Source: the human T2T-CHM13v2.0 reference genome, Homo sapiens. Taken from it: 64,000 nucleotides of DNA. Shown one piece after another: positions 14,827 through 28,601 of this stretch. A program made the translations under genes and the position numbers. How positions within the stretch are numbered: the stretch's first letter is position 1; each line of letters begins with the position of its first letter. A model generated the notes under the pieces. The model was not told where the DNA came from. It did no database searches and saw only the letters and a list, made by a program, of their open reading frames with translations. The stretch lies in assembly GCF_009914755.1 (NCBI RefSeq), contig NC_060941.1, one strand, 5' to 3'.

Positions 14827-15209
14827 ACTTTAAGTGGGAGGGTACATCCAGTCTGAGTTAATCCATCTTGGATGGAAACAGAAGTCCCTGAAAGCAACAT
14901 ATTTCAAGTTTTAAATACATGAGGGAGCCTCTAGAAAGACCTAGAAAGTTTCATATATATATATACACATTACACAAATATGAAACAACAGGCTTGAAGA
15001 AATTGAGTATCAGGCAACAAAGGACAATGATCCCTGCAAGAAAAGAAACAGATGAGGTGAGCCATATGATTGTCCCAGCTCATTGCCTAGAAAGAGTTTA
15101 AAAATGAAAAGACAAGCCACAACCTGGGGAAGAAAATATTTGCAAATCATGTATCTGAGAATGGACTTGTATCCAGAATATGTAAACAATTCCCAAAAGT
15201 AAATAAATT

Positions 15210-15503
15210 GGCCAGGTACAGTGGTGCATGCCTGTAACAATCCCAGCACTTTGGGAGTCTGAGGTGGGAGGATTGCTTGAGCCCAGGAGTTCAAGATCAG
15301 CCTGGGCAATATAGAGAGACTCCATATCTACAAAAATAAAAATAAAAATTAGCCAGGCATGGTGATGCATGCCTGTAGCCCCAGCTACTCGGGAGGCTGA
15401 GGTGGGAGGTCCACTTGAGCCCTGGAGGTCAAGGCTGCAGTGAGCCATGTTCATGGCACTGCACTCCAGCCTGCCCAACAAAGTGAGACCCTGTCTCAAA
15501 AAA
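15210..15503 (+). mobile_element. AluJ
   Basis: gggaggattgcttgagcccaggagttc and gaggtcaaggctgcagtgagc diagnostics. Confidence 0.9.
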
Positions 15504-16128
15504 GTAAAACAACGGGTTCAACTGACTATTACACAATCATGTGCATAACCTTCCTCTTAGAAAATAGGAGGAGTTGTAATTTCAAATTTTTGTGCAATTA
15601 GATTAAATCATAATGCAACAACAACAAAAAAGTAAAACAAAACAAAACAAAAAGGAAATAAACCAAAGAGCACAACAGAAACGACAAAAAAGGAGGCCAA
15701 ATACTTGAACAGACTCTTTGCAAAAGAAGATGTACAGATGTCAAAAAAACATGAAAATATGCTCAACATCATTTAGTCGTTCAGGAAATGCAAATTAAAA
15801 GCACAATGTTAGATACTACTCCAAACCATTAAAATGAATAAAATTTAAAAAACTAACCATACAAGAGTTGGCAAGGATGTAGAGAAGGAGAACTCTCTCA
15901 TTTACTGCTGGATGGAATGCAAATGGTATAACCACTTTGGAATATCGTTTGACGGATTTTTTTAAAAAGTGAAACATACATCGATCATATAATCTGGCCA
16001 TTCTATTTCTTAGTATTAATGCAAGAAAAATGAAAGTATATGGCCCTACAAAAACATATAATAGGCAACAACTAGAAACAACCCAAATATTCAACAGATC
16101 AAGGTATAATGTGTGTGCGTGTGTGTGT

Positions 16129-16428
16129 GTATATATATATATATGAATATATATATGAATATATATATATGAATATATATATGAATATATATATGAATAT
16201 ATATATATGAATATATATATGAATATATATATATGAATATATATATGAATATATATATATGAATATATATATGAATATATATATATGAATATATATATGA
16301 ATATATATATATGAATATATATATGAATATATATATATGAATATATATATGAATATATATATATGAATATATATATGAATATATATATATGAATATATAT
16401 ATGAATATATATATATGAATATATATAT
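16129..16428. repeat. TA-derived minisatellite, alternating 12/14-bp units
   Basis: 22 GA interruptions in (TA)n spaced 12/14 bp; flanked by (TG)n and (AG)n. Confidence 0.95.
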
Positions 16429-16909
16429 AGAGAGAGAGAGAGGAATATATATTATGGTAAATCCATACAATGGCCATAGTACTTAGCGAAAAAAGAAAGA
16501 AAGAAAGAAATGGGCTTTTGATACATACAGTGACTTGTACACATCTCAAAATAATTAGGCTAAGTGAAAGAAGCCAGTACTCAGTACATAGTGCATGATC
16601 CCATTTATAGAAAATGTAAACAATCTAAAGAGACAGATAATAGGTTAGTGTTTCCCAGGGGGTTGGGAGATGGGGCAAGGAGAGGAGAAAGGGAGAGATT
16701 CGCAAATGGAAACTTCATTGGTGATGAACTTTTGACAGTGATGTTCATCATCTTGACAGTGTTGATAGTTTCGTGAGTGTACAAATATGTCAAAAATTAT
16801 CAAACTGTACATATTAAACGTGGGCTGTTTGTTCTATATTAATGATACCTTAATAAAGCAGTTAAAAATACATTTGCCTTTTAATTCCTCTTTGGTGACG
16901 TCTAAGGAC

Positions 16910-16976
16910 ATAAATACACTATATTCTATGGAGCAAGAATTCCCATATATAACATATGAGTTACATATATTCCCAT

Positions 16977-17031
<55 letters not shown>

Positions 17032-17122
17032 ACCATAGGTCACAGAGGGGAATAGTGTAATAAATACATTATATCCTATGGAGCAAGAATTCCCATATAT
17101 AATATGAGAGTTACATATATTC

Positions 17123-17176
<54 letters not shown>

Positions 17177-17482
17177 CATCATAGGTCACAGAGGGGAATG
17201 GTGTAATAAATACACTATATCCTATGGAGCAAGAATTCCCATATATAATATGAGAGTTACATATATTCCTCTCTCTATATATATATATTTGTCATCATAG
17301 GTCACAGAGGGGAATGGTGTAATAAATACACTATATCCTATGGAGCAAGAATTCCCATATATAATATGAGAGTTATATATATTCCTCTCTCTATATATAT
17401 ATATTTGTCATCATAGGTCACAGAGGGGAATGGTGTAATAAATACACTATATCCTATGGAGCAAGAATTCCCATATATATAA
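16910..17482. repeat. VNTR, ~4.4 copies of a 116-150 bp unit with internal (TA)n
   Basis: Units start 16910, 17060, 17206, 17322, 17438 (ataaatacac...ggagcaagaattcccatatat...ataggtcacagagggg). Confidence 0.95.
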
Positions 17483-18419
17483 CAGGCACCTCTCCAAGCA
17501 CATCTGCAACCCCTGATCATCCATGTGGAATTCCCACCTCCTGCAATTCCAACTGCCTTCGTCAGGCTTTCTTAGTCTTGTGCTGTATTTACATTACAGT
17601 GGCCAGGCAGGCCCTTCCTCCTGAGGCCTATGAATCTGCCTTACACTCATATTTCTTCCCAAACGCAGACATTATAATGAAGTGTTTAAAAATTAGACTT
17701 GGGAATCAGCCTGCCTGCAGCATCATTCACCAGCCGAATTATATTGAGCAGTAACTTAACCTCTGGGCTTTTCTTCATCTGTAAATTGGGTATACTAATA
17801 ATATCCCTCTTATAAAGTCATTGAAGAGGAAATAGTTTTAATAGTGCTGAGAACCGTGCCAAGCGCATAGTAAGAATTCAGTAAATTCTGCCCACAGAGA
17901 AACTACAGAAATGATATGGCTGCTCATTTTTTTGAAATACAGGGCATGGAAATATTCTTATTCTTTTTCTGCTTATTTTCCCAGAAAAAAAAAATCATCT
18001 CAATGTTGTCTTAAGAGTTGTCTACAAAAGTATTGATTGTTTCAACAAAGCCCATTGATCCCACCTACTTCCCTGAGGAGGGTAATTCCACCCGGGGGAA
18101 ATCCAAGCCCTACCTGCCCATTCCACCCACACACAACCCAATGCTGCCCTTGGTATATCTCGTCTGCCACCAGCTTTTGCCCAAAAAGTCGACACCATCT
18201 ATCTTTGAGACACGTTCTCTCAGAGCGTGGGGTTCAATCTTTCCACTCACAGCTCTGCCAATGCTGAAACTCAGTAAACATTGCCCTGCAGTTCCTTCTA
18301 CTGATATTCCTGGACTTCTTTCTCAAATTTCTGCAGTTTTCCCTCTACTTGCATTGTCATCACAGGTCACAGAGGGGAATCGAGGAGACAGAATTCCACA
18401 TATAATCTTATCTTCCTGT

Positions 18420-18806
18420 AGAAGTCCCATGATCCACCCTCTGCAAGCTGAAGATCTGGAAAAGCTGATGGTGTTATCCAAAGGCCATGATGTCAATTCC
18501 CGCCTGGAATCTGAAGACCTGAACACAAGGAGTGCTGAGGACAGGAAAAGATCAATGTTCCAGCTGAAGCCGTTAGGCAGAGTTAATTCAACTTTCCTCC
18601 TCCTCCTTCTGGTTCTGTTCAGGCCCTCAGTTTATTGGATGGTTCTCCCCCACACTGGGAAGGGTCATCTTTAAGGAATCAGTCCACCAATCTGAATGCT
18701 AATCTCTTCTACAAATGCCCTCAAGCCACACCCTGAAATAGTGTTTAAATGGCTATCTGGGTATTTCATGGCCCAGTTAAGCTGACGTATAGAACTAATC
18801 ATCACA
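18420..18806 (-). mobile_element. MLT2 LTR (ERVL), partial
   Basis: agaagtcccatgatc...ctgcaagctg...aactaatcatcaca matches the reverse of MLT2. Confidence 0.8.
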
Positions 18807-19655
18807 CTTCCTATAAGTTTAGAACACCTTATTTGATTTCTTAGATTCAGGCTTTCTCTGGAGGAAGGGGGTGGATCTTCCCTCTGAGGGAAATGACTTT
18901 CCTCTTCTATTTAGTTTTTCTGGTACCACCATCCTCTATAACCAAAGAACAACTAAGATATCCCTAGTCTTTCCAGTCCAGTGATTTTAATTGCAGGCAC
19001 TATTTAATGGAATTTTCTTAAACCACTAACTCTATAATATTTTCATTTGGTTTTCTCCATCCCAGATCAAGAAAGAATTGTATTCCCCATGTAGTAAGTG
19101 CCCCTGTTTTTCACTTATCTTTCCACTGATCAACTCCTCCCACTGGGGCTCTGAAAACCACAACCATGATTAGGAATTACCTAATATCCATGACACCTAA
19201 TCAAGAAAGAAAGTGGTAGGGGACCCCCCACTGGCATCTTCCAGCCAAACCACATAGATCACACAGGGATGATCCCTTTGCTTGTCGGTGCCACTATTCT
19301 CCCAGGACCCCTATCTCCCTGAGATTGTGGCTTACGTGACACACAATGGAGCCAGCCCAAGAGCACATGGTGAGGAATGTGTGGGCAACTGCAGTCAAAG
19401 TTCTTCAATCCTACTGACATTTAAATAAGGCATTCAAAACAAAGTGGAAAATCTGGGGACGCTAATTCAAGATAGCTCATCCAGTCTGAGATCAAGGCCT
19501 GAAAGTTCCAAGTGAGAAGCTGAATATGCAAGCAGACAATGGCCAGACCATATTTAAAAACAGAACTTCAACCCATAGTCTCTGCAGCCACAAGCCCAGG
19601 AAACCAAATCACAACCCCTGCAGCAATAGGCCTCAAATAGTCAGGACTTGGTCAA

Positions 19656-20007
19656 TGTTATGTCTAATTGTGTAAGTCAATTTGACTGGGTTAAGAGACA
19701 CCCAGGTAGCTGGTAAAACATTTTTTTCTGGGTGTGTCTGTGAGGGTGTTTCCAGGAGAGATGAGCATTTGAATCAGTAGACTCAGAAAGGAGATCTGTA
19801 TTCATCAATGTGGGCTGGCATTGTCTAATCCACTGAGGGCCTGACAAAAACAGAAAAGCAGAGGCAAGTTCACGTTCTTTTCTTGAGCTAGGACATCCAT
19901 CTCCTCCTGCCTGCGGACTTCAAAGCTCCTGGTTTTCAGGTTTTCTGACTTTTAAACTTACACTAGAGGCTCCCCTGGTCCTTTGGCCTTAGACCGAGAG
20001 TTACATC
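19656..20007 (+). mobile_element. MLT2 LTR 5' portion
   Basis: tgttatg...gtcaatttgactgggttaag...ctgggtgtgtctgtgagggtgtttcc. Confidence 0.85.
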
Positions 20008-20109
20008 ATAAACAACAAAAAGTTATTTCTCACCGTTCTAGAGACTGGGAAGTCCAAGATTGAGGTGCCAGGAGATTCAGTGTCTGATGAGGAGGCATTT
20101 CCTGATTCA

Positions 20110-20380
20110 TGAAATAGTGAAATGGATTTTTGAAGACTCAGTTACAGCATCAGCTAGGTGGCGATACCTTGCAGGGCTGGCTCAGGGTTCTCCAGAAGGC
20201 TGTATATACTCTGAATCAGCATCCAGTATACAGTACTATTTCTCCAATAGCCAGAATTCATGGGTCTAGGAATTAAGGGGTAGAAATTGGAGTGGCACCA
20301 CTCACCATTACCACTAGTGACCCATTAATAAAAATTTTGCTTCCCATTCCTGTGACTTCACGCTGTGCTGGCCCAGAGGC
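20110..20380 (+). mobile_element. ERVL internal fragment (integrase C-terminal region, decayed)
   Basis: Translates LKTQLQHQLGGDTLQGWLRVLQKAVYTLNQHPVYSTISPIARIHGSRN*GVEIGVAPLTITTSDPL, similar to HERV-L pol. Confidence 0.8.
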
Positions 20381-20384
20381 CAGA

Positions 20385-22712
20385 GGAAGGAGTGGTGTAA
20401 CTCTCAGTCCAATGTTGAAGACCTGAGAACTGGCAGGGCTACTGGTATAAGCTCTAGAGTCCAAAGGCCTGAGAACCAGGAGCTTTCATGTCCAAGGGCA
20501 AGAAAAGATGGCTGTCCCAGTGTTACAGGACCTTTGGGGTGTTGCTTTTCTGGCTGGAAACCTGAGTCCAATGGCACCTTTGCCGAACTTTTGCTTGGGT
20601 CCACTGGGTTCATTCTGTCCACTTGGCCTGGCAGGCTGCACTTGTTTCATGCTACAGGCCTGGATCCCATACCTCCAAGGAGACCACAAGTCAGGCATGG
20701 AGTAGTGAGGAGTATGTGAGTGAGCGTGGGGTCTGCACCCTCAGACATGCCAGCTGCTGCTACAAGGTGGGCAACTCCAGATGCCAGCATGGGCAGCGGC
20801 TCTCTGCGAGGCTGTGGCTGGACCAGGCACACTACAAGCAGCTTCCCCTGGCTGGCACCAAGGAATGTGGTGGTACCCGGAAGCTTGGAGATGCCAGGCA
20901 CTGCAGGGCCCCAAAGAGGGAGTCACAGCAGTCCCCAAGGGTCCTCAGCTCTTCTCTCCTTCTCCTTGTTCACAACGTAGAGAGCAAGGGTCATGTTTCA
21001 GCCCTGTTTGTGTTACAGCTCTTTTAGTCTCACCATTTGGTGGGTCCTGAGTTCTTGTCCTATGACCAGGAAGAATGGGTTATGCAGACAAGTGAAGGGT
21101 AAGCAAGATGAAGCAGAGCTTCATTGAGCGATAAAACAGCTCAGTCTCTCAGCTCCTTTCTACAGCCAGGGTGTCCTGTTGGAGTGTTCAGCTCCTAGTA
21201 GAGAGGGTAGCTCCTATCTTCAGGCAGGTCACTCCAACAAGTGCTCAGCTCCCAGCAGAAATGGTAACTCCTCTCTGTAGCTGGTCATCCTGATGAGTGT
21301 TCTGCTCTTGGCAAAGAGGGTATCTCCTCTCTGCAGCTGGTTGTCCCCTTGTCTGTTCTGCTCTGGCTGAGCCCCAGGCTTTTATGGGCCTCAGAGGGAA
21401 GGAAGTATGTGCCAATTAGTCCATGTGCTGATGGGCAGGCCCAGAAAAGGCACTACAAGTTCCCACTCCAGTCCACAGGACTGGCAGCCCAGCCCTCAGC
21501 CTTCAGGCCCTCCTTGGCCTGAAGGTGGGGCCTCACCAGGAACCCGCTCCTTTCCACCCAAGAGCCTGTCTGCCTCCTGCTGCCATCCATGGCATCCAGG
21601 CTGCTCACACCAAGGGGCACCTGCAGGCCAGTGCCAGGCTGTCTTCAGCACCCCCTCAGTCTTCCTCCTGTGCTTGTGGGCACCCAAAGTCCTTCCCAGG
21701 CCCCCAAGAGTGCAAAGAGGCCCAGTCCACAGCCCCAACTTGGGTGGCTACAGCTGCATCCCGGTGGATCAGGGCTCTGCCTGCTCCCAGCTCCTGCTGG
21801 CTCCATGGAATGTGCAGCCCTGGAATCTGTCCCCTCGCAGCTTGGGATAGGGGCTCCAGGTCCTTGCTGGGCCCAGGCTGGTGTCCAGGGATGGAGCAAT
21901 GTTGCCACGAGCTCCCCCAGTGGCCCAAGTGCTCAGGGGCAGCCCAGGGCTCCCCCTTGCCTGGTTTGTGGCCCTGCCCAATGTGGCACCTCTGGGAGCA
22001 GATCACGGGCCACAGGCCTCAGGCCCAGCTGTCTGGAGTGTCAGGTCTGGTGGTCACCCCAATGTGGGGCAAACCCTGGGGACACAACCTCCTCCCAAGA
22101 TGCAGGAACGCGGTGCTCTAAAGTAGGGTGAGTATAGTGGCTGCACCACAGGCCAGGTCCCTGAAGTGGGCACTTCTCACCCTGGAACCCCAAAGCATGG
22201 CCCCAGCTCTGCACCCCGGGCCTGGCCCCTGCGCCCCATGTGCACGCATGGCACTGTCCTGGGCCCAGCTCCACCTCAGGGCCCTTTTCTGCCCAACCGC
22301 ACTGTTCCCCTGCTAGCAGGTGACCCAGCCCAGCCCCATCATGGCAGCCCCCAGAGCAGCAGTCTGGGGAGTTGGGGGACTGCCCACCTCCTCCCCACAC
22401 CCTCCCTGCAGCAGCAGCTGATGGCAGCAGCAGCTTCAGATGGCCCACCACTGCCATCACCTTCTTGGCCCACCAGCTCAAGAAAAGAGAGAAAAAATCA
22501 GCTCTCTCTCTTCATTCTGTTCTATCCAAGCCCTCAATGGATTGAATGATGCCCAGATGCATTGATGAGGGCAACATTCTTTACTCAGTATTCTGATTCA
22601 AATGCCAATCTGTCCCAAAAACACTCTCACAGACACACACAGAAATAATGTTTTACCAGCAAATTGGGTATCCTTAACCCAATGATATTGACATATAAAA
22701 TTAACCATCACA
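20385..22712 (-). mobile_element. MLT2 LTR 5' portion on minus strand, interrupted by the MER52-type LTR
   Basis: Pieces 20385-20520 and 22477-22712, ending ttgacatataaaattaaccatcaca. Confidence 0.85.
20521..22472 (-). mobile_element. MER52-type long GC-rich LTR (ERV1)
   Basis: ~1.95 kb, TG...CA, 4-bp TSD CCAG; splits a minus-strand MLT2 (gtcccag|ctcaag). Confidence 0.75.
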
Positions 22713-23194
22713 GTCAGTAACTACAGCTTCCCTAATTTTTGCCCCCAATTCTAACTCAGGACCAGCCAGAGAAAGCCAAATATACTTTCAAACCAATCAC
22801 ATAGGATGCCGGACTTCTAATTAGCCCGTCTTCAGCTTCCCCATACCTGCTGATTCAGCAGCCTCCCATCAGGGGACACCTGAAGCTTTCCCTTTTTGCC
22901 CCACTGTAAATCTTTCCCACTCTGCCTGCCTTTGAGGCACTGCCAAACACAAATGATTGTAGGTGACTCTTTGTTATAGCAAGCTCTGAATATATAGTCT
23001 CTGTTTCCCATTTGGGCATTCTTCATTCATTTCCACCCAAGTCACTGAGATTTGACATCATTTCTTTCATCAGATAGCATTATTTCCTGGATAAATATAT
23101 ATCTCAGGCCCATTATGAGCTCAGAGGCTTGGAGGACATCCTTCATCCAAAGTAGAGGCCCATGAAGAATAAGTCAAAGAGCATTTCTCCCATG

Positions 23195-23375
23195 GAGCCT
23201 GGTCCTCAAACTTTGGCATGCATCAGAATTTCTTCAAGGTCTTCTGAAAACACATTGGATGACACCCACTCCCAATTTTCCCTTTAGCAGAGCTGAGTTG
23301 GGGACCAAGAATTTGGGTTTCTAATAAGTTCCCAGGTTGCTGATGCTGCCTGCCTGGGACCACACTTTTGAGAAC
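23195..23375. mobile_element. MER5A
   Basis: tggtcctcaaactttggcatgcatcagaat...gggaccacacttttgagaac. Confidence 0.75.
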
Positions 23376-24901
23376 GACTGACTCAACCCTTGAGCAAAAC
23401 AAAAAGCAAACAAACAAAAATATCTTACCCCTGGGCTATTTAGTGCCGGGATCAGGTTCTCACTAAAGAACTGCTGTAAGTCATTGTACTGTAAATCACA
23501 GCCTCTGTATCTGAAGGGATCCCAAAGGAAAAGAGGGAGTGATGGCTCAGTCTTTTCTTAGAGGTGTCTAAGGTGACGTCCCTAGAGGTCTAGAGGTGTC
23601 TAGAGGTGACGTCTCTGTCACCTCTCCAGACTCATGTAAATAAAAATGTCTGAAGGAACAAAGGGAGAGAGAGAGATGTAGGGGCCGAGAACAGACAAAG
23701 ATACATCATGTCAAAGAGAAAGGGAGCCAGTAGAAAGAGAAACAGATGTAGGCATAGAAAGAAGTAGAATTAAAAGAGGATAAGTCAGATCTCCCATTAC
23801 CTCGGCCCTGTAGAAGGAAGGGCTTCCTGGTAGAAGGGCAGCTGTCTACGCTGGCAATACATTGGAATCCCCTGAAGGTCTCCTAACATGTACCAAGGCT
23901 TGGCCCCTATTGCCAGACACTGCTTCAGTTGCTCTAGAATGGGGCCTTGACTATTGGTACTTTAAAAATATCCCCAGATGATTTTAGTGTGTGGCTGCAC
24001 TTGAGAACCACCAGAATATAGGGCAGCATACCCAAAGGGCATTCATCTGTTACCTCTGGAAAACTACTCTCAGTGGACAATAGTCTATTGCGTCCTGAAA
24101 ATACTTGGGCTCACCTGGCCAGCTCAGAGGTGAACATACTTTTTCATGCTTTTGATAGTGCATCTATTAATTCATTTACTCATGTACTTGCAAATGAATA
24201 TTTCATATATTTCACAAATTTATAATCCCAGTACCACCAGAAGAGTTGACTCTCTTGACCTATAAGATGTGTGATTTCCTCCCAAATCAAGGGGATTACA
24301 TCTAAGAAGGAAAGTTGACATCAACCCCCAAGAATTCCTGCAATCACAAAAAGGAGAAGAAGGTGTGTTTTCTGCACTGTTTCTTGTTCTGCCCACCCGT
24401 ATCCTAGGGTGGGAAATGTACAGTTACACTCTATAGATTATTATAATTAAGTAGTGTGTGGAATTTGTTTTAAAAATAGCTTCATCAACTCTTCATAGCA
24501 TATTTCTGTAAGACAAGTACAGGTGAAAAGCAAGCGAGGGTTGTTATTGTTTAGCACATTTAATTAAGTAAGTATTTCTTTCATCCTTCTGGGAATTAAA
24601 CATTGAACAGTGAATAAACACAGGGAAATCTGCCCATATTAATTTCTGGCTTACTGCCTTAATTCAAAAGCAGGGTGAAAATCAAGAGCTAAGTCTGTGA
24701 TCTGGGGTCATTATGTGCTAAGCAAAGCAATTGAAGGTTTACCCTTTACATCTCCGATAGAAGTTATTTCAGGAAATATCTTCTTTTATGTTCTCGCTCT
24801 CAACTACCTCCTTGATGGCCTCCTTCTCCTTTATAAATAAACATCATCTCTCCTCGTTCTTGAAGAAATTTTTCTTTACGTGTCACCTGCATCAGTTGTA
24901 A

Positions 24902-25311
<410 letters not shown>

Positions 25312-25844
25312 TGTCATCAGGAACTGCTTCCTCTTCTCCGTCCCTTGCCTCTACTTCCCTTGTCTTGGCTCCATTTTCAGATAACCCTTCCCCTCATGGA
25401 GTCAAGAGGGTCACATTGGCTCTGTCCTACATCCTCCTAGGTTCAAGTCCAGTGGAAAATAGAAAATACTAGTTTATTCCAACATTCAAACCAAAGCTTA
25501 GGTCTGACTCTAATGTCCTGATAGGATCATATGGCCATTACCACATTGATGACTGTGACCAGAAGAAAGAATGATCCAAGTTTAGGCCAAGTCACATGCT
25601 TCAGCCATAGTACTGGGGGTTGAACCCTACCAGAAGTACCTGGACTAGGGCGGGGAAGGAGGCTGTCAAGAAGGTGGATATAGTTTCCACAACAAAAAGT
25701 GGTGAGTAGTTACTAGAAGAAGAGTGTATGGATTTGTTACAGCAAAGCACTTCTGAGTTTTATTTAATGAAACTGAGGCTGCTTTATATCCTTCCCATCT
25801 TGAGTCCTTCTCAACTGTGAGATTTGGTAGTTTCTAATCCAAAC

Positions 25845-26070
25845 TAGAAGTCAGCAAACTTTTTCTGTAGAGTCAGATAATTAATTTTTTAGGTCTTGTG
25901 GGCCATACATTCTCTGCATAATTACAACTATTCAACTCTGCACTTTCAGTGTGAAATAAGTCATAGATAATGTATAAATGAATAGCCATGGCTGTGTTCC
26001 AATAAAACTGTATTTTCAGTATTGGCTGGTGGGTTGAATTTAGCCCATGGGCTATAGTTTGCTAACCCCT
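25845..26070. mobile_element. MER58A
   Basis: gtcagcaaactttttctgta...ggctgtgttccaataaaact...tagtttgctaacccctg. Confidence 0.85.
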
Positions 26071-26331
26071 GATTGTTAATCATGGGTCCTAAGTATGAGA
26101 AGGAGTCAAAATAATATTTTACCCTCCTCTCCTCCAGCTTAACCATACCCCACGTTCTCCATTCTCATCACCTTTCTACAATCAGAAACAGAAACTCCCA
26201 TAAACCACTGAGACTGAACATTGATCAAATTATGGGAAGTACATATTAGAAGTCAGTAGATAGTCATATTAATGCTGTATGAAGGTACATTTTCCATGGT
26301 CTCAAAACTCAGATTAAAAAAAAAAAAAGAC

Positions 26332-26830
26332 TGAGAGACAAAATAGACAAATGAACAATGGCTAAGCCATATATAAAAAATAGAACTCACCTCACAATCT
26401 GTAGCAGCCAGTCTAGGAGGTCAAACAAGAACCCCTGTATTTATTGACTCAAATGGTCAGGATTTGATTAATAATTGATAGCTTCTGGAAGAGGTGGAGT
26501 TGTGGGGGTTCAAGTAAAAAATATTATATTCAAAAAAAATTTGGTATCTTCTCTAATTTTTGTCCCCAAACTTAGGGCCAACTGACGAAAGCCAAACAAG
26601 TTCCCCTAACCAATCACATGGATGTTCTGCTTCCACTGAACCAACTCCAGCTTCCACAGGCCAAAGGCCTCCAATCAGGGCACACATGAAGCCTTCCCTT
26701 CTTTCTGCTACAAATCTTTCCCACTCCTCTGCTTGCCTTTGAATCTATACCAAAATGTAAGTGATGGCAGCTGACTCTTTTGACATAGCCTTTGCTTGTT
26801 CTCATTTGGGAGGCCTTTGTTTATTTGCAT
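26332..26830 (+). mobile_element. Second LTR of the same family as 19513-23036
   Basis: aacaatggctaagccatatataaaaaatagaact...aaccaatcacatggatg...; colinear with the split copy. Confidence 0.7.
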
Positions 26831-26932
26831 AGTATGTTGTTATTATCCTACATCTAAACTAAAGTTGTTTCAAGATGATCTCTCTTAAGGTATGAATTCT
26901 GTTCCTACAAAATTCATATGTTAAACCCCTAG

Positions 26933-27999
<1,067 letters not shown>

Positions 28000-28039
28000 C
28001 TAACTCCTAGTACATGAATTATGATTATATTATAGAGAC

Positions 28040-28601
28040 TGTTGTGGGAATCAGGAAACCAGAGAGTCCATATGGGTGGAACAGGAGGATTTTATTTAGG
28101 TGGCCACCGGCTCAGCAGATTAATATCCAAAGGCTGAGCCATGAATGAAGACAGGGCTTGACTTTCATCCATGCAACCGAAGTGGGATGGCTTGCCAGTG
28201 GCACAAAACTTGTGGGGCAGGGAAAGTGAGCTTACAGAAGCAGAACAAGGCAGTTAATCAAACTGTGACAGGTTCCTAACTCAGGCTTACATGTGACTCT
28301 TGCTATGCAGGCCAGGTGGCTATTATCTAGGTTTGCTCAAGATGCCTGCACAGCCTTATCTTGTGTCCTTCGCTATGGTACCCAGATGGCTGCAATCTAA
28401 GCACGCTCAAACATGTCTCATGACCTCCATGGTGCTACAGAGACTTACAGACTGTAGTTACAGAAAACAGGAAACCATAAACTCATAAAAACTTGCACAG
28501 CAGGGTCCAATCACACAGAATGGGGAGGGATTCGAGGGGGAAGCTGCTCATACCAAAGGAAAGAGGGAAAATTTGTTTTTCCTCTCACATCTCCTGCTTC
28601 A
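28040..28601 (-). mobile_element. Solo LTR, family not identified
   Basis: TG...CA, 562 bp, 4-bp TSD AGAC, minus-strand AATAAA near 28092. Confidence 0.7.

Larger units (their letters stand above)
15100..16865 (+). mobile_element. Old L1M ORF2-end/3' fragments, interrupted by an Alu and a minisatellite
   Basis: gaaaatatttgcaaatcatgtatctga, gaaatgcaaattaaaa, ggtataaccactttggaa, and 3' UTR-like tail; boundaries approximate. Confidence 0.75.
19513..23036 (+). mobile_element. ERV1-type LTR (MER90-like; family uncertain) split by a ~3-kb nested insertion
   Basis: Halves 19513-19655 and 22718-23036 join colinearly with the uninterrupted paralogous LTR at 26332-26830. Confidence 0.65.

Noticed and set aside
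16091-16549. IYIH/IYSY-repeat ORFs
   Set aside because: Translation of the TA minisatellite.
16910-17482. Repeat-spacer look resembling a CRISPR array
   Set aside because: Eukaryotic DNA; the 'spacers' are only variable (TA)n, the repeats are ~100 bp, and there are no cas genes.
18018-18674. 218-aa ORF
   Set aside because: TTG start; the 3' 40% is antisense MLT2; no homology recognised.
20486-22549. Dense overlapping ORFs up to 198 aa
   Set aside because: Stop-poor GC-rich MER52-type LTR sequence.
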